Virus record (IMG/VR): IMGVR_UViG_3300009104_001210
Location: 1-64,000 of that record
Direction: 5' to 3' (one strand)
DNA: 64,000 bases
Part shown: positions 30,151-39,845 of the stretch, piece after piece
How the letters are laid out: each line of letters starts with the position of its first letter
Numbering within the stretch: the stretch's first letter is position 1
Program-made: the position numbers and the translations under genes
The notes under the pieces: generated by a model
The model's input: the letters and a program-made list of their open reading frames with translations, nothing else
What the model was told of the DNA's origin: nothing
Databases searched by the model: none

Positions 30151-30680
30151 TGAAGTATAAAGATGAACTAATAAGAAGTATGGAGTGGTTGGCTGAAAAA
30201 GAAGATACAACTTTCATCGGACAATCAGTTGCTTATAGTGGTAATGCAATATACAATACTTTAAAAACAATAGATATTGATAAAAGGATTGAAGTGCCAG
30301 TATTTGAAGAAGTTCAAATGGGTATGTGTACAGGAATGGCAATGAATGGTATAGTTCCTATTTGTTGTTTTCCACGATTTGATTTTATATTAAGATGTAT
30401 GGATGCTTTAGTAAACCATTTAGATAAAATGCAACATATGACAGAGGGAACATTTAAACCTAAAGTTATAATGAGAACTTCTATAGGTTCTACAGATCCA
30501 TTAAATGGTGGTGTACAACATACACAAGATTATACAGACCCAATAAAAAGAATGTTACATGAAGTTAATGTGGTGTTGTTAAATGAACCAGAACAAATAT
30601 TTCCTGAATTTGAGGAAGCATATAATACAGATTGTTCTACATTGTTAATTGAATGGGGTGATTACTACAATGAAAAATAA
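30150..30680 (+). CDS. TPP-dependent E1 beta-like subunit (pyrimidine-binding domain)
   Basis: FIGQSV, EVPVFEEVQMG, FPRFDFIL..DALVNHLDK, GVQHTQD. TAATG overlap at 30148-30152. Confidence 0.88.
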   Translation: MKYKDELIRSMEWLAEKEDTTFIGQSVAYSGNAIYNTLKTIDIDKRIEVPVFEEVQMGMCTGMAMNGIVPICCFPRFDFILRCMDALVNHLDKMQHMTEGTFKPKVIMRTSIGSTDPLNGGVQHTQDYTDPIKRMLHEVNVVLLNEPEQIFPEFEEAYNTDCSTLLIEWGDYYNEK

Positions 30681-31587
30681 GAGTGCACTTATTATTGGTG
30701 GAATGGGAATGGTAGGTAGACAACTTACTAAATTATGTTCTAAAGAATATGGTGAGGTTTGTGTTGTAGATTTAGATTATAGGACACCACAAGATTTATT
30801 ACAAGGAGTTAAGTATCAACAAGCAGATTTAACATTTAAATCAAATGCAAGTATTATAGGAGAGTTTGATCACGTTTATCATTTAGCAGGAATTAAAGGA
30901 TCACCACTTAGAGCAAAAGAGAAGCCTGCAGATTATTTACCAATGTTACAGTTTGATTCAAATGTTATTGAAGCAGTTGGTTATTATCAACCAGATTGGT
31001 TTTTATATACAAGCACTATTGGTGTATATCCACCTATGGAAGAATATAGAGAAAATTTAGTTTGGCATAAAGTTCCAAGTGAAAATGATAGAGTTCCAGC
31101 TTATATAAAACGAATGGGTGAGTTGAGTTGTTATGCGATTAGAGCAACATATGGATATGAAAATATTTCTATTGTAAGACCTGCAAATATTTATGGGCCT
31201 TATGATAATTTTGGAGATGAATCTACAGTTATAGCTTCACTAATCAAAAAAGGATATAATGATGATGTAATAAATGTTTGGGGTGATGGAGAACCAATAA
31301 GAGATTTTATTTATTCTAAAGATGTTGCACAAGGAATGTTACATATGGTACAGAATAAAATAAATGTACCAGTAAATCTTGGTAGTGGAGTAGAAGTAAA
31401 AATTTCAGATATAGCAAATACAATTGGAGAATATTTTGATAAAGAAGTTAAGTATGATAAATTAAAACCAAATGGTGATATGAGACGACAAATGGATACA
31501 CGTAGAGCAGAGTCGGTTGGATTTAAACCAAAGTATACTTTAGAAGATGGAATTAAAGAAACTATAGATTGGTATACAAATGTTTGA
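30670..31587 (+). CDS. NAD-dependent epimerase/reductase, GDP-L-fucose-synthase-like
   Basis: GGMGMVG, HLAGIKG, RPANIYGPYDNF, WGDGEPIRDFIY, NLGSG. The catalytic YxxxK position reads PAYIK. Confidence 0.82.
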   Translation: MKNKSALIIGGMGMVGRQLTKLCSKEYGEVCVVDLDYRTPQDLLQGVKYQQADLTFKSNASIIGEFDHVYHLAGIKGSPLRAKEKPADYLPMLQFDSNVIEAVGYYQPDWFLYTSTIGVYPPMEEYRENLVWHKVPSENDRVPAYIKRMGELSCYAIRATYGYENISIVRPANIYGPYDNFGDESTVIASLIKKGYNDDVINVWGDGEPIRDFIYSKDVAQGMLHMVQNKINVPVNLGSGVEVKISDIANTIGEYFDKEVKYDKLKPNGDMRRQMDTRRAESVGFKPKYTLEDGIKETIDWYTNV

Positions 31588-32680
31588 CGAATCATTACAA
31601 AAACAAAACATACAAGATTTAAAAGACGTAGGTGTACTTCCATTAGAGATTTGTGAATATCTTGAACAAAATACGATATGTACTGATGATGGATCTTGGG
31701 GTACTTGGATAAATGAAATTGAAAATGAAAATGAGATAGAATGGGTACAACGTCGAATTGTACTTTTTACGAGTAAAGGTAAACCTCTCATTGTAACTAT
31801 TGATGCAGGAGAAGCAAATTGGTATGAAAATGAAGTTCATATAAGAATACACAATTTGTGTGAAAAATATAGTATTTCAGCAGATAAATTTATTTTTATT
31901 ACTAATGATGCTGAAATTGAGAATAGATATAACGAGTGGTTTAAAACAAGTAATTATAAAAAGAAAATTAATGTACTTAGTTATCCAATGCTTTTTCAAA
32001 GATATATTTCATTATATTATAAAGAAGGTTATACTGGTTACGATTTATTTGACATAAAAAAATATAAAAATCCAACAAAAAAGTTTTTATGTTTGATAGG
32101 AAAAGAAACTACAGAAAGAAGTTTACTTTGGAATTGGTTTAATATGTGGAAAGAAATAAAAGATTGTGGATATGTTTCTAATATTGCAAAAAATATAGTT
32201 TTACCAAATAGTTATAAAACATCTAAAAAAGATGTTTTAGAAGGTCGTTCATATGCAGGAATTGATAGTTTAGAACAATATTATGAAGATACTTATTTTT
32301 CTATAGTTCCTGAAAATACTGTAGATCATGGAGAGAAATGGGTAACAGAGAAAATAACTAAAGTATTATATCATGGTCATCCATTTATTGTAGTAGGAAC
32401 ACACGGAATTCTTAAATTGTTAAAATCTTGGGGATTTGAAACTTTTCCTGAATTATTTGACGAAAGTTATGATGATATAGAAGATTGGAGAGAAAGAATA
32501 GAGTATATTAAAAAAGAAATTATAAAATTTTGTTTATTAAAAGATGATAAAGAATTAAGTAAATTATATGATAGTGTTTATGAAAAATGTGTTCATAATC
32601 AAAAAACTTTACTTAATCTTAAAATACCAGGCGAAGAATTATTAAGTAAGTTAAAAAATATTGTGGAAACAAATGGGTAA
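31580..32680 (+). CDS. GT10-like GT-B protein, paralogue 6
   Basis: KKFLCLIGK; YFSIVPEN...WVTEKITK..HGHPFI...GFETFPELFDESYD. Confidence 0.55.
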   Translation: MFDESLQKQNIQDLKDVGVLPLEICEYLEQNTICTDDGSWGTWINEIENENEIEWVQRRIVLFTSKGKPLIVTIDAGEANWYENEVHIRIHNLCEKYSISADKFIFITNDAEIENRYNEWFKTSNYKKKINVLSYPMLFQRYISLYYKEGYTGYDLFDIKKYKNPTKKFLCLIGKETTERSLLWNWFNMWKEIKDCGYVSNIAKNIVLPNSYKTSKKDVLEGRSYAGIDSLEQYYEDTYFSIVPENTVDHGEKWVTEKITKVLYHGHPFIVVGTHGILKLLKSWGFETFPELFDESYDDIEDWRERIEYIKKEIIKFCLLKDDKELSKLYDSVYEKCVHNQKTLLNLKIPGEELLSKLKNIVETNG

Positions 32681-33257
32681 AATAGAAATAACATTATATT
32701 ACCGTAAAGAAAAAGATGGTACTAAAGGGCTTGATTATGAAGCAATAGCAGAAGATTTTGAGGATAAGTTAAGTAATATAGTTGATGTACCTGTAATGTG
32801 TTCTGTAACTGAAGATGTCAAATATGAAGATAGAGTCGCAAATGAAGGTGGTCCAGGCATTGAATATGATATACCAACTGATGGTTTATTTCAAGTACAT
32901 TGGCCAAACGGAAAACTTAGATATGAATGGTATTATAAAGACGGAAAAAGGGCAGATGGAGTATCGAGAGGTTGGTGGCCAAATGGTAATTTAAAACAAG
33001 CAATAAGTTTCAAGAATGGGAAATGGGATGGATTATACGATGAACGGTATCAGAGTGGACAGCATTGGAGAGAAAGAACGTTCAGTAAAGGCAGACTTGC
33101 TGGAACTTGTACAGAATGGTATGAGAATGGACAGATGAAATCTAAAGGATCATGGAAAGTGGTAAGTGTAAAAGATGGTAAATGGACTGAGTGGTATGAG
33201 AATGGACAGATAAAAAGTAAAGAAGAATATGATGCAAAACAAGAGACGATTATATGA
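32673..33257 (+). CDS. Small N-terminal domain fused to MORN-variant (YwqK-like) repeats
   Basis: Repeated (W/Y)xNG(K/N/Q)...(Y/F)K.GK.DG units. ATG 32673. Confidence 0.75.
   Translation: MGKIEITLYYRKEKDGTKGLDYEAIAEDFEDKLSNIVDVPVMCSVTEDVKYEDRVANEGGPGIEYDIPTDGLFQVHWPNGKLRYEWYYKDGKRADGVSRGWWPNGNLKQAISFKNGKWDGLYDERYQSGQHWRERTFSKGRLAGTCTEWYENGQMKSKGSWKVVSVKDGKWTEWYENGQIKSKEEYDAKQETII
33117..33211 (+). repeat. 20-nt exact direct repeat within the MORN repeats
   Basis: TGGTATGAGAATGGACAGAT at 33117-33136 and 33192-33211 (75 nt period). Confidence 0.85.
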
Positions 33258-34087
33258 AAATAGGAATAATAGGATTAGGATATGTAGGAACTGCTATTAA
33301 AAGTGGTTTCGAGAAACATTATAAATTAGAGACATATGATAAGTATGATGAGTCTAAGAGTACTTGTGAATTATTTGATATGGTTGCAGAGTGTGAAGTA
33401 ATATTTGTATGTGTTCCAACACCAATGAATAAAGATGGTAGTTGCCACACAGATATAGTTGAGAGTGTTGTAAAAGAAATAGATAAATGGACAGATAGTT
33501 ATTGGAAAGACATTAAACCAACTATTGTAATTAAATCTACAGTTCCACCTGGCACAACAAATAGACTACATAAGAAATATAAAAACGTTGATGTTATATT
33601 TAATCCAGAATTTCTTACAGAAGCTAATTTTCTTGAAGATTTTAAGAATCAGAATAGAATTATATTAGGTGGTATTCGTAGAGGAACTACTAAATTAAGA
33701 CAAGTCTATAGTAAAGTATTTCCACACGCAACGATTGTGAAGACAAATGCAAAGTATGCAGAAACTGTAAAGTATTTCATCAACTGTTTCTTAGGAACTA
33801 AGGTATCATTTGCTAATGAGATGAAGATGTTGTGTGATGAGATAGATATTGATTATGATAAGGTTGTAGAGTATGCCACATATGATGAACGATTAGGTAA
33901 ATCACATTGGGCTGTTCCAGGTCCCGATGGAGATTATGGATTCGGTGGACATTGTTTACCAAAAGACATTTCAGCAATAGTAAAAGGATATAGTGATATG
34001 AAATTATTAAAAGCTGTATTAGAAGTTAATAAAAAAGTGAGAAAGAACAAAGATTGGGAAGATATGAAAGGGAGGGCAGTAATATGA
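33254..34087 (+). CDS. UDP-glucose/GDP-mannose dehydrogenase family, short form lacking the C-terminal domain
   Basis: GLGYVG, FVCVPTP, IKSTVPPGT, NPEFLTE, GFGGHCLPKD. Only 277 aa. Confidence 0.88.
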   Translation: MKIGIIGLGYVGTAIKSGFEKHYKLETYDKYDESKSTCELFDMVAECEVIFVCVPTPMNKDGSCHTDIVESVVKEIDKWTDSYWKDIKPTIVIKSTVPPGTTNRLHKKYKNVDVIFNPEFLTEANFLEDFKNQNRIILGGIRRGTTKLRQVYSKVFPHATIVKTNAKYAETVKYFINCFLGTKVSFANEMKMLCDEIDIDYDKVVEYATYDERLGKSHWAVPGPDGDYGFGGHCLPKDISAIVKGYSDMKLLKAVLEVNKKVRKNKDWEDMKGRAVI

Positions 34088-35331
34088 AAATAGGATTTGT
34101 AGGATTAGGGAAATTAGGATTACCTGTAGCTTTAGCAGTTGAAATGAAGGGGCATGATGTTATAGGATATGATCCTTCATCTGAAGTTCAAAAAATAATT
34201 GCAGAGAAAAAATTACCATATAAAGAAGTTTTTGCTCAAGATTATTTAGATAAAAGTAAAATAGAAATAAAGGAAATAGAAGAAGTAGTTAAACATTCTG
34301 ATATTATTTTTGTTCCAATACAAACACCACACGATCCAAAGTTTGAGGGAGCTACAAGAATACCCGATGAAAGAAAAGATTTTGATTATTCTTATTTAAA
34401 GAAAGGACTTATAGATTTAGATGCTGAATTGCAAAGACAGGATAAAAAAGTAGTTGTAGTAGTAATTTCTACAGTTTTACCAGGAACAATTCGTAGAGAG
34501 ATTTTACCAATTTTAAGTAAGCATACTAAATTATGTTATAATCCATTTTTTATTGCTATGGGAACTGTAATAGAAGATTTTCTTAGACCAGAGATTATTT
34601 TATTTGGTGTAGATGATGAAGAAGCTGCAAAGAAGGCAAAGAAGTTTTATAGAACCATTAATCACGCACCATTTTATGAAACAACGATTGAGAATGCAGA
34701 ATTAATTAAGGTTGCGTATAATACTTTTATAGGAACTAAGATAGCATATGTAAATACACTTATGGAGATGTGTCATCTTTTACCAAATACAAATGTAGAT
34801 GAGGTTATGAACGGATTGAAGATGTGTAATAAACGTATTATATCAGACAAGTATTTAAGTGGTGGTATGGGAGATGGTGGTGGTTGTCATCCAAGAGATA
34901 ATATAGCATTGAGTTGGTTAAGTGATGAACTTGGATTGAGATTTAATTGGTTTGATAATATAATGAAACAGAGAGAAGTTCAAACAGAGTGGTTAGCAGA
35001 CTTAATTGAATATCATCACTTACCTGGAGAAGTTATAATATTGGGAAAATCTTTTAAATCGGAAACTAATATAGAAACAGGAAGCCCTGCACATTTGTTA
35101 GTTAATATATTGAAGGAAAGAAATATAGAAACTATACATTGGGATCCATATGTAGATGATTATCAGTTAGATATTGATAGACCAAGAACATTTTTTATAG
35201 CAACAAAACATCAAGAGTTCGCAACGTTTAACTTTCCTATAGAATCAATAATTATTGATCCATGGCGGTATATATCTGAGGTGGATAGATGTACAATAAT
35301 TAAATTAGGTGATAATATAAGTGAAAAATAA
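34084..35331 (+). CDS. UDP-glucose/GDP-mannose dehydrogenase family, full length
   Basis: GLGKLG, FVPIQTP, ISTVLPGT, NAELIKVAYN, GDGGGCHPRD, LGKSFK. GGGAGG RBS before ATG 34084. Confidence 0.9.
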   Translation: MKIGFVGLGKLGLPVALAVEMKGHDVIGYDPSSEVQKIIAEKKLPYKEVFAQDYLDKSKIEIKEIEEVVKHSDIIFVPIQTPHDPKFEGATRIPDERKDFDYSYLKKGLIDLDAELQRQDKKVVVVVISTVLPGTIRREILPILSKHTKLCYNPFFIAMGTVIEDFLRPEIILFGVDDEEAAKKAKKFYRTINHAPFYETTIENAELIKVAYNTFIGTKIAYVNTLMEMCHLLPNTNVDEVMNGLKMCNKRIISDKYLSGGMGDGGGCHPRDNIALSWLSDELGLRFNWFDNIMKQREVQTEWLADLIEYHHLPGEVIILGKSFKSETNIETGSPAHLLVNILKERNIETIHWDPYVDDYQLDIDRPRTFFIATKHQEFATFNFPIESIIIDPWRYISEVDRCTIIKLGDNISEK

Positions 35332-37294
35332 ATTATATTTAGTTGAACCATCATTTTTATTCGAAGACATTCAAGTAAGATTGCCTTATTCTACAGGTTT
35401 GCTTTGGTCTCATTGTAGATTAAACAAAACTATTAAAGAAAATTATGAATTGGCAGATTATTTATTTATTAGAACTGATGTAGATGATTTTATTAATGAA
35501 ATAGAAAATCCATCAATAATTGGTTTCTCTTGCTTTGTTTGGAATTGGGCATTCAATAATGAAGTAGCTAAAATAGTAAAAGAAAGGTATCCTGATTGTG
35601 TTATTGTATATGGTGGACAACATCAACCTTCTGTAGATAGGTTAAAACATGAAAAAGACTTTTTTGAAAGACACCCATATGTAGATATGTTAGTTCATGG
35701 TGAAGGTGAGTTAACTTTTGAACAAATTCTTTTAGAAAATTTAGAGGAAAAGGATTGGTCTAAAGTAACAGGTATAACTTATCAAACAAATGATTATAAA
35801 TTTGTTACAACTTTAACAACACCAAGAATTACAGATATAGATTCTATGCCAAGTCCATATTTAGATGGAACTTTTGATAAAATTCTTAAAAAATATAAAA
35901 ATAAAGATTTTAATTTCACTTGTACAGTAGAAGGTACAAGAGGGTGTCCATATAGATGTACTTATTGTGAAATAGGTAGTTTATATTTTCAAAAATTACA
36001 AAAACAGAGTTTTAAAAAGTTAAAAAGAGAGTTTGAGTGGATTTCAAAGAATAATATTGATTATGTTGATAATGGAGATTCGAATTTTGGACTTTTTGCG
36101 GATAGGGATTTAAAAACAGCAAAACTTTTAGTTGAATTGAAAAATAAAAATGGATTTCCAATTCGTTTTAGAAATGATTGGGCAAAAGATAGAGGTGAAC
36201 AATGTATACCTATTGCAAAGGTTTTGAAAGAAGGAGATTTAAATAAAGGATTGACTTTAGCACTACAATCATTACACGAACCAACTTTAAAAGCAATAAT
36301 GAGAAAGAATGTGAGTGGAAAAGATATAGAGGGGTTTTTAAAAAGATGTAAAGAAGAAAATCTTCCTGTATATTGTGAACTTATTGTTGGTTTACCCGAA
36401 GAAACATTAGAATCATTTAAAAAGGGTATATTCACTTTAATAAATCATAATCAACATAACTATATTGGTGTTTATCCATTAAGTATTTTACCAAATACAC
36501 CATTTGGTGATCCTGAGTATACTAAAAAATATGGAATAAAATATAAAACTACTAAAGCTCTTTATTATCATATTACAAAAACAGAGATGAGTGAACAAGA
36601 AGATGAACAAATTGTTTATGAATCAAATACTATGACACACGAAGAAGTATTAGAGGCTTATAATTTTAGATGGTTTATGATGGTTTGTCATTTTTTTGGA
36701 ACTACTCAATTTATAGCAAGATTTTTCAAAAATTATTTAGATGTTTCTTATGAAAGTTTTTATGATAAATTGTATGAGTATTTTACAAAAAAAGAAGATA
36801 CTGTTTTAGGAGAAGAAATTAAAAAGTTTAAAGTAGCAATAGATGAAGTTTTTAATGAGTTAAGATATTGGGGATGGTATTTGGAAGATGGTAGAACATG
36901 GGAATTTGATGAAGGCAGTATGTTTAGAATTTTTAAACAAAAAGATAAATTTTATAAAGAAATTAAAAAGTTTATTGTTGAAGAAATATATACCGATAGT
37001 TTAGAAATCGTAGATTCAGTAATGGAATATCAAGAGAACGCATTGATTGTTCCCGATAAACAATATCCATATAAATTAAATTTAGATTATAATATTCATG
37101 ATGTAGTAAGAAATAATAAAAATTTGACGAATAGTGGTCATGTATATGATATTGATGGAATGCCGAAGTCAAAAAATTATAAAGGAAATATGATAAAATG
37201 GTGTCGTGAGTTGTATTGGTGGGGAAGAAAAGAAGGTAGATATAAGTCAATAATAAGGAGTTATAATGATTTACAAAAAAAGAGAGTGGGATAA
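35321..37294 (+). CDS. B12-binding radical SAM protein
   Basis: LPYSTG, GFSCFVWN, YGGQH, GEGE, TRGCPYRCTYC, LIVGLPEET. Confidence 0.88.
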   Translation: MKNKLYLVEPSFLFEDIQVRLPYSTGLLWSHCRLNKTIKENYELADYLFIRTDVDDFINEIENPSIIGFSCFVWNWAFNNEVAKIVKERYPDCVIVYGGQHQPSVDRLKHEKDFFERHPYVDMLVHGEGELTFEQILLENLEEKDWSKVTGITYQTNDYKFVTTLTTPRITDIDSMPSPYLDGTFDKILKKYKNKDFNFTCTVEGTRGCPYRCTYCEIGSLYFQKLQKQSFKKLKREFEWISKNNIDYVDNGDSNFGLFADRDLKTAKLLVELKNKNGFPIRFRNDWAKDRGEQCIPIAKVLKEGDLNKGLTLALQSLHEPTLKAIMRKNVSGKDIEGFLKRCKEENLPVYCELIVGLPEETLESFKKGIFTLINHNQHNYIGVYPLSILPNTPFGDPEYTKKYGIKYKTTKALYYHITKTEMSEQEDEQIVYESNTMTHEEVLEAYNFRWFMMVCHFFGTTQFIARFFKNYLDVSYESFYDKLYEYFTKKEDTVLGEEIKKFKVAIDEVFNELRYWGWYLEDGRTWEFDEGSMFRIFKQKDKFYKEIKKFIVEEIYTDSLEIVDSVMEYQENALIVPDKQYPYKLNLDYNIHDVVRNNKNLTNSGHVYDIDGMPKSKNYKGNMIKWCRELYWWGRKEGRYKSIIRSYNDLQKKRVG

Positions 37295-37958
37295 TTCACC
37301 CGTTCCGTTTATATATGTAGATAATTTTTTAGATGAAAAAACTTGTTTAGAGTTACATAATGAATGTTTACAAGCACCTAAAGGTGGGTGGACATTATTC
37401 AGTAGAGCAGGTTCTGCTATGGAAGAATATAATGATTTATTTTATACAAAAACAGCACATAAAATAACTTATGATTTATTACATAGTGGAGAATTTCTTT
37501 ATGAGTTAGAACAACTCACAGGTATTGTAGGATTAATGCCTGATCCACATTTAGTTGGTGCTGGTTTTAGTAGATTTAGAAAAGGTAAAGATTTGAAAAT
37601 CCATCATGATTTTAATTGGAACGATAGACTAAGATTACATAGAAAATTAACTTGTTTTTTATTCTTGAATCCAGATTGGAAAGAAACTTGGGGTGGTCAT
37701 CAACAATATTGGGAATCAAGAGATGGTGAGATGATTGATGAAGTAGCACCAATGTTTAATAGGTTTATTATGTTTGAAAATAAAAAAGAATCACCATACC
37801 ATTCAGTAAGAAAATTAACTTGTCCTAAAAATGAAATAAGAACTGCATTGAGGGTTTTTTATTATGTTAGTTCAAGTGAATATGATGAAAATGATCCACC
37901 ACATAGAAGTATTTATGATTCTGATGAATATACACATACGAGGTTATATGATGAATAA
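37266..37958 (+). CDS. 2OG-Fe(II) oxygenase
   Basis: IHHDFN (HxD), WGG.Q.W, YHSV, R.ALRVFYY. Confidence 0.85.
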   Translation: MIYKKREWDNSPVPFIYVDNFLDEKTCLELHNECLQAPKGGWTLFSRAGSAMEEYNDLFYTKTAHKITYDLLHSGEFLYELEQLTGIVGLMPDPHLVGAGFSRFRKGKDLKIHHDFNWNDRLRLHRKLTCFLFLNPDWKETWGGHQQYWESRDGEMIDEVAPMFNRFIMFENKKESPYHSVRKLTCPKNEIRTALRVFYYVSSSEYDENDPPHRSIYDSDEYTHTRLYDE

Positions 37959-38469
37959 ATGGAAAATAGGTAATATAGAACCATTTTGGGATGAACAATA
38001 TAAAGATTTAAATTATTATAAAGTTGTTCATAATAACCCTCAAGATATGGAAAGATGGAGAAAACAAGGATATACACATCCTGATGAACTTTTTACAGGT
38101 GCTATGTGTCCTCATGGTGAGAAACATCCAACTTGGAGTCATAAAATAGTAGAGTGGTTAGAAAAAGATTTTGATTGGAAAGATATAGGATTAAATTATT
38201 ATAGAATGGAAACAGGAGTTATATTACCATCACATGCGGATTTGTATCAAGAATATACAAAAAAATTTAATTTAACTCAACGTCAAGCAGAACGAGTTCT
38301 TCTTTTGTTAGAAGATTGGAAACCTGGTCATTATCTTGAAGTAGATGGTGAAGCAGTAGTAAATTGGGAAGCAGGTGATTGGGTGTGGTGGCCAGGTGAT
38401 ATGGAACACGCTGCGTCAAATATAGGACCTGAGTATAGATATTCATTACAATTGACAGGACACAAATAA
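37948..38469 (+). CDS. Fe(II)-dependent oxygenase/cupin-fold protein
   Basis: LPSHADLY (HxD), MEHAASNIG, RYSLQLTG. GAGG RBS before ATG 37948. Confidence 0.72.
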   Translation: MMNKWKIGNIEPFWDEQYKDLNYYKVVHNNPQDMERWRKQGYTHPDELFTGAMCPHGEKHPTWSHKIVEWLEKDFDWKDIGLNYYRMETGVILPSHADLYQEYTKKFNLTQRQAERVLLLLEDWKPGHYLEVDGEAVVNWEAGDWVWWPGDMEHAASNIGPEYRYSLQLTGHK

Positions 38470-39845
38470 TGGAAGATTTTAAATTTTTATCAGTAGACAA
38501 TCTTTTTGAAGAGGTTAGAGATGAAGTTGTTCATATAAAGATGAAACATTTAGTAATTAGAACAGGAGAGTGGATTGATAAGGATGGAAACTATAAACCA
38601 GGTAATCATCCAAGTAAAAAAAGAGTTTCTGCGGTTGATGCTGAAATGTTTATTCATAATTGGTATAGTGCGGAAGATTTTGAGAAACAAGAAAATTGGG
38701 AATATGAACTTATGGAAGAAAGTATTCTTAAACATGGTTTGAAAGAACCTATTATGATTAGACCTAGATTTGATACAGGAGATTATGAAATGTGGGATGG
38801 GTCTCATCGTATGGTAACTATAAAACATATTTTATTAACAAGACATCCTGAAGTTGATATTAATGAAGTAGAAATACCTTGTATAGAGAGAGAAACTTTT
38901 GAAGATCAACTTGACGAATATTATAAAGTAAAAGATAGAGCTAAAGAATTTGAAAAGACTATAGATTTTGGGATGGAACGATATAAAGGAGCTACAGCAT
39001 TTCCAGATGTGGAAGTTAATGAATTTTGGAAAACTATTAATAAAGAAATAGATATTAGTTATATTTTTTCATTGACAAGTTTATCACAAGCATTTTGTAA
39101 CGTATTTCATAAGTACATTAAAGCATCTAAATTAAATAAATTAAAAGGGTTGGATGATTATAAATATAAATCTTATACTAATGGAACAAGTCAAGCATTT
39201 GATTCATTTTGGATGAGACATAAAGATAAAAGATTTAAATGTTTTAAAGGGGAGTTCTTTTATCATAAAGCAAATTGGAGAAAATATTATAGGTGGGATT
39301 ATATAGAAGATACGGGTGTTAGTTCTAATGATGCAGTAGTTATTAGTTTCCCATTTAGTGATTATTGTAAAATACACCCTAAAATGATAGAAGTGTTAGA
39401 TAAGTGTGAAGAGTTAAAAGTTCCTGTTTTGATTGATTGTGCTTGGTATTTAATTGCAAAAAATATAAAATTTGATTTTTCAAAATATACTTGTATTGAA
39501 GATATAACTTTTAGTTTGAGTAAGGGATTTTATGGCGCACCTAAATTGAGAGCAGGTATTAGATATTCAAGAAATTATTACGATGATAATATTAATATTA
39601 TGAATGAATGGAAACAATATAATTATCTATCAGCATATATTGGTATTAAATTATTAGAAGAGTTTGAACCAGATTTTGCTTGGACAAAACGGGGTGAAGA
39701 ATATAAAAGATATTGTAAATCTAATAATTTTGAAGAAACTGATTGTGTTGGATTTGTTTTTGGTGGAGATGAATATAAAGAATTAAATAGAGGTACGGAA
39801 GTAAATAGATTGTGCATTGTTAACGACATTGGAGATAATTTTTGA
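38469..39845 (+). CDS. Fusion of a ParB/Srx-like N-terminal domain and a fold-type-I PLP-dependent enzyme
   Basis: ESILKHGLKEPIMI...YEMWDGSHR (ParB/Srx). TNGTSQAF, VLIDCAW, FSLSKGF (PLP Lys), RAGIR. Confidence 0.72.
   Translation: MEDFKFLSVDNLFEEVRDEVVHIKMKHLVIRTGEWIDKDGNYKPGNHPSKKRVSAVDAEMFIHNWYSAEDFEKQENWEYELMEESILKHGLKEPIMIRPRFDTGDYEMWDGSHRMVTIKHILLTRHPEVDINEVEIPCIERETFEDQLDEYYKVKDRAKEFEKTIDFGMERYKGATAFPDVEVNEFWKTINKEIDISYIFSLTSLSQAFCNVFHKYIKASKLNKLKGLDDYKYKSYTNGTSQAFDSFWMRHKDKRFKCFKGEFFYHKANWRKYYRWDYIEDTGVSSNDAVVISFPFSDYCKIHPKMIEVLDKCEELKVPVLIDCAWYLIAKNIKFDFSKYTCIEDITFSLSKGFYGAPKLRAGIRYSRNYYDDNINIMNEWKQYNYLSAYIGIKLLEEFEPDFAWTKRGEEYKRYCKSNNFEETDCVGFVFGGDEYKELNRGTEVNRLCIVNDIGDNF

Noticed and set aside
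13864-32057. Short out-of-frame + strand ORFs 13864..14064, 28084..28320 and 31860..32057
   Set aside because: Nested in other frames of confident genes or the rmlC leader, with no motif and no convincing RBS.
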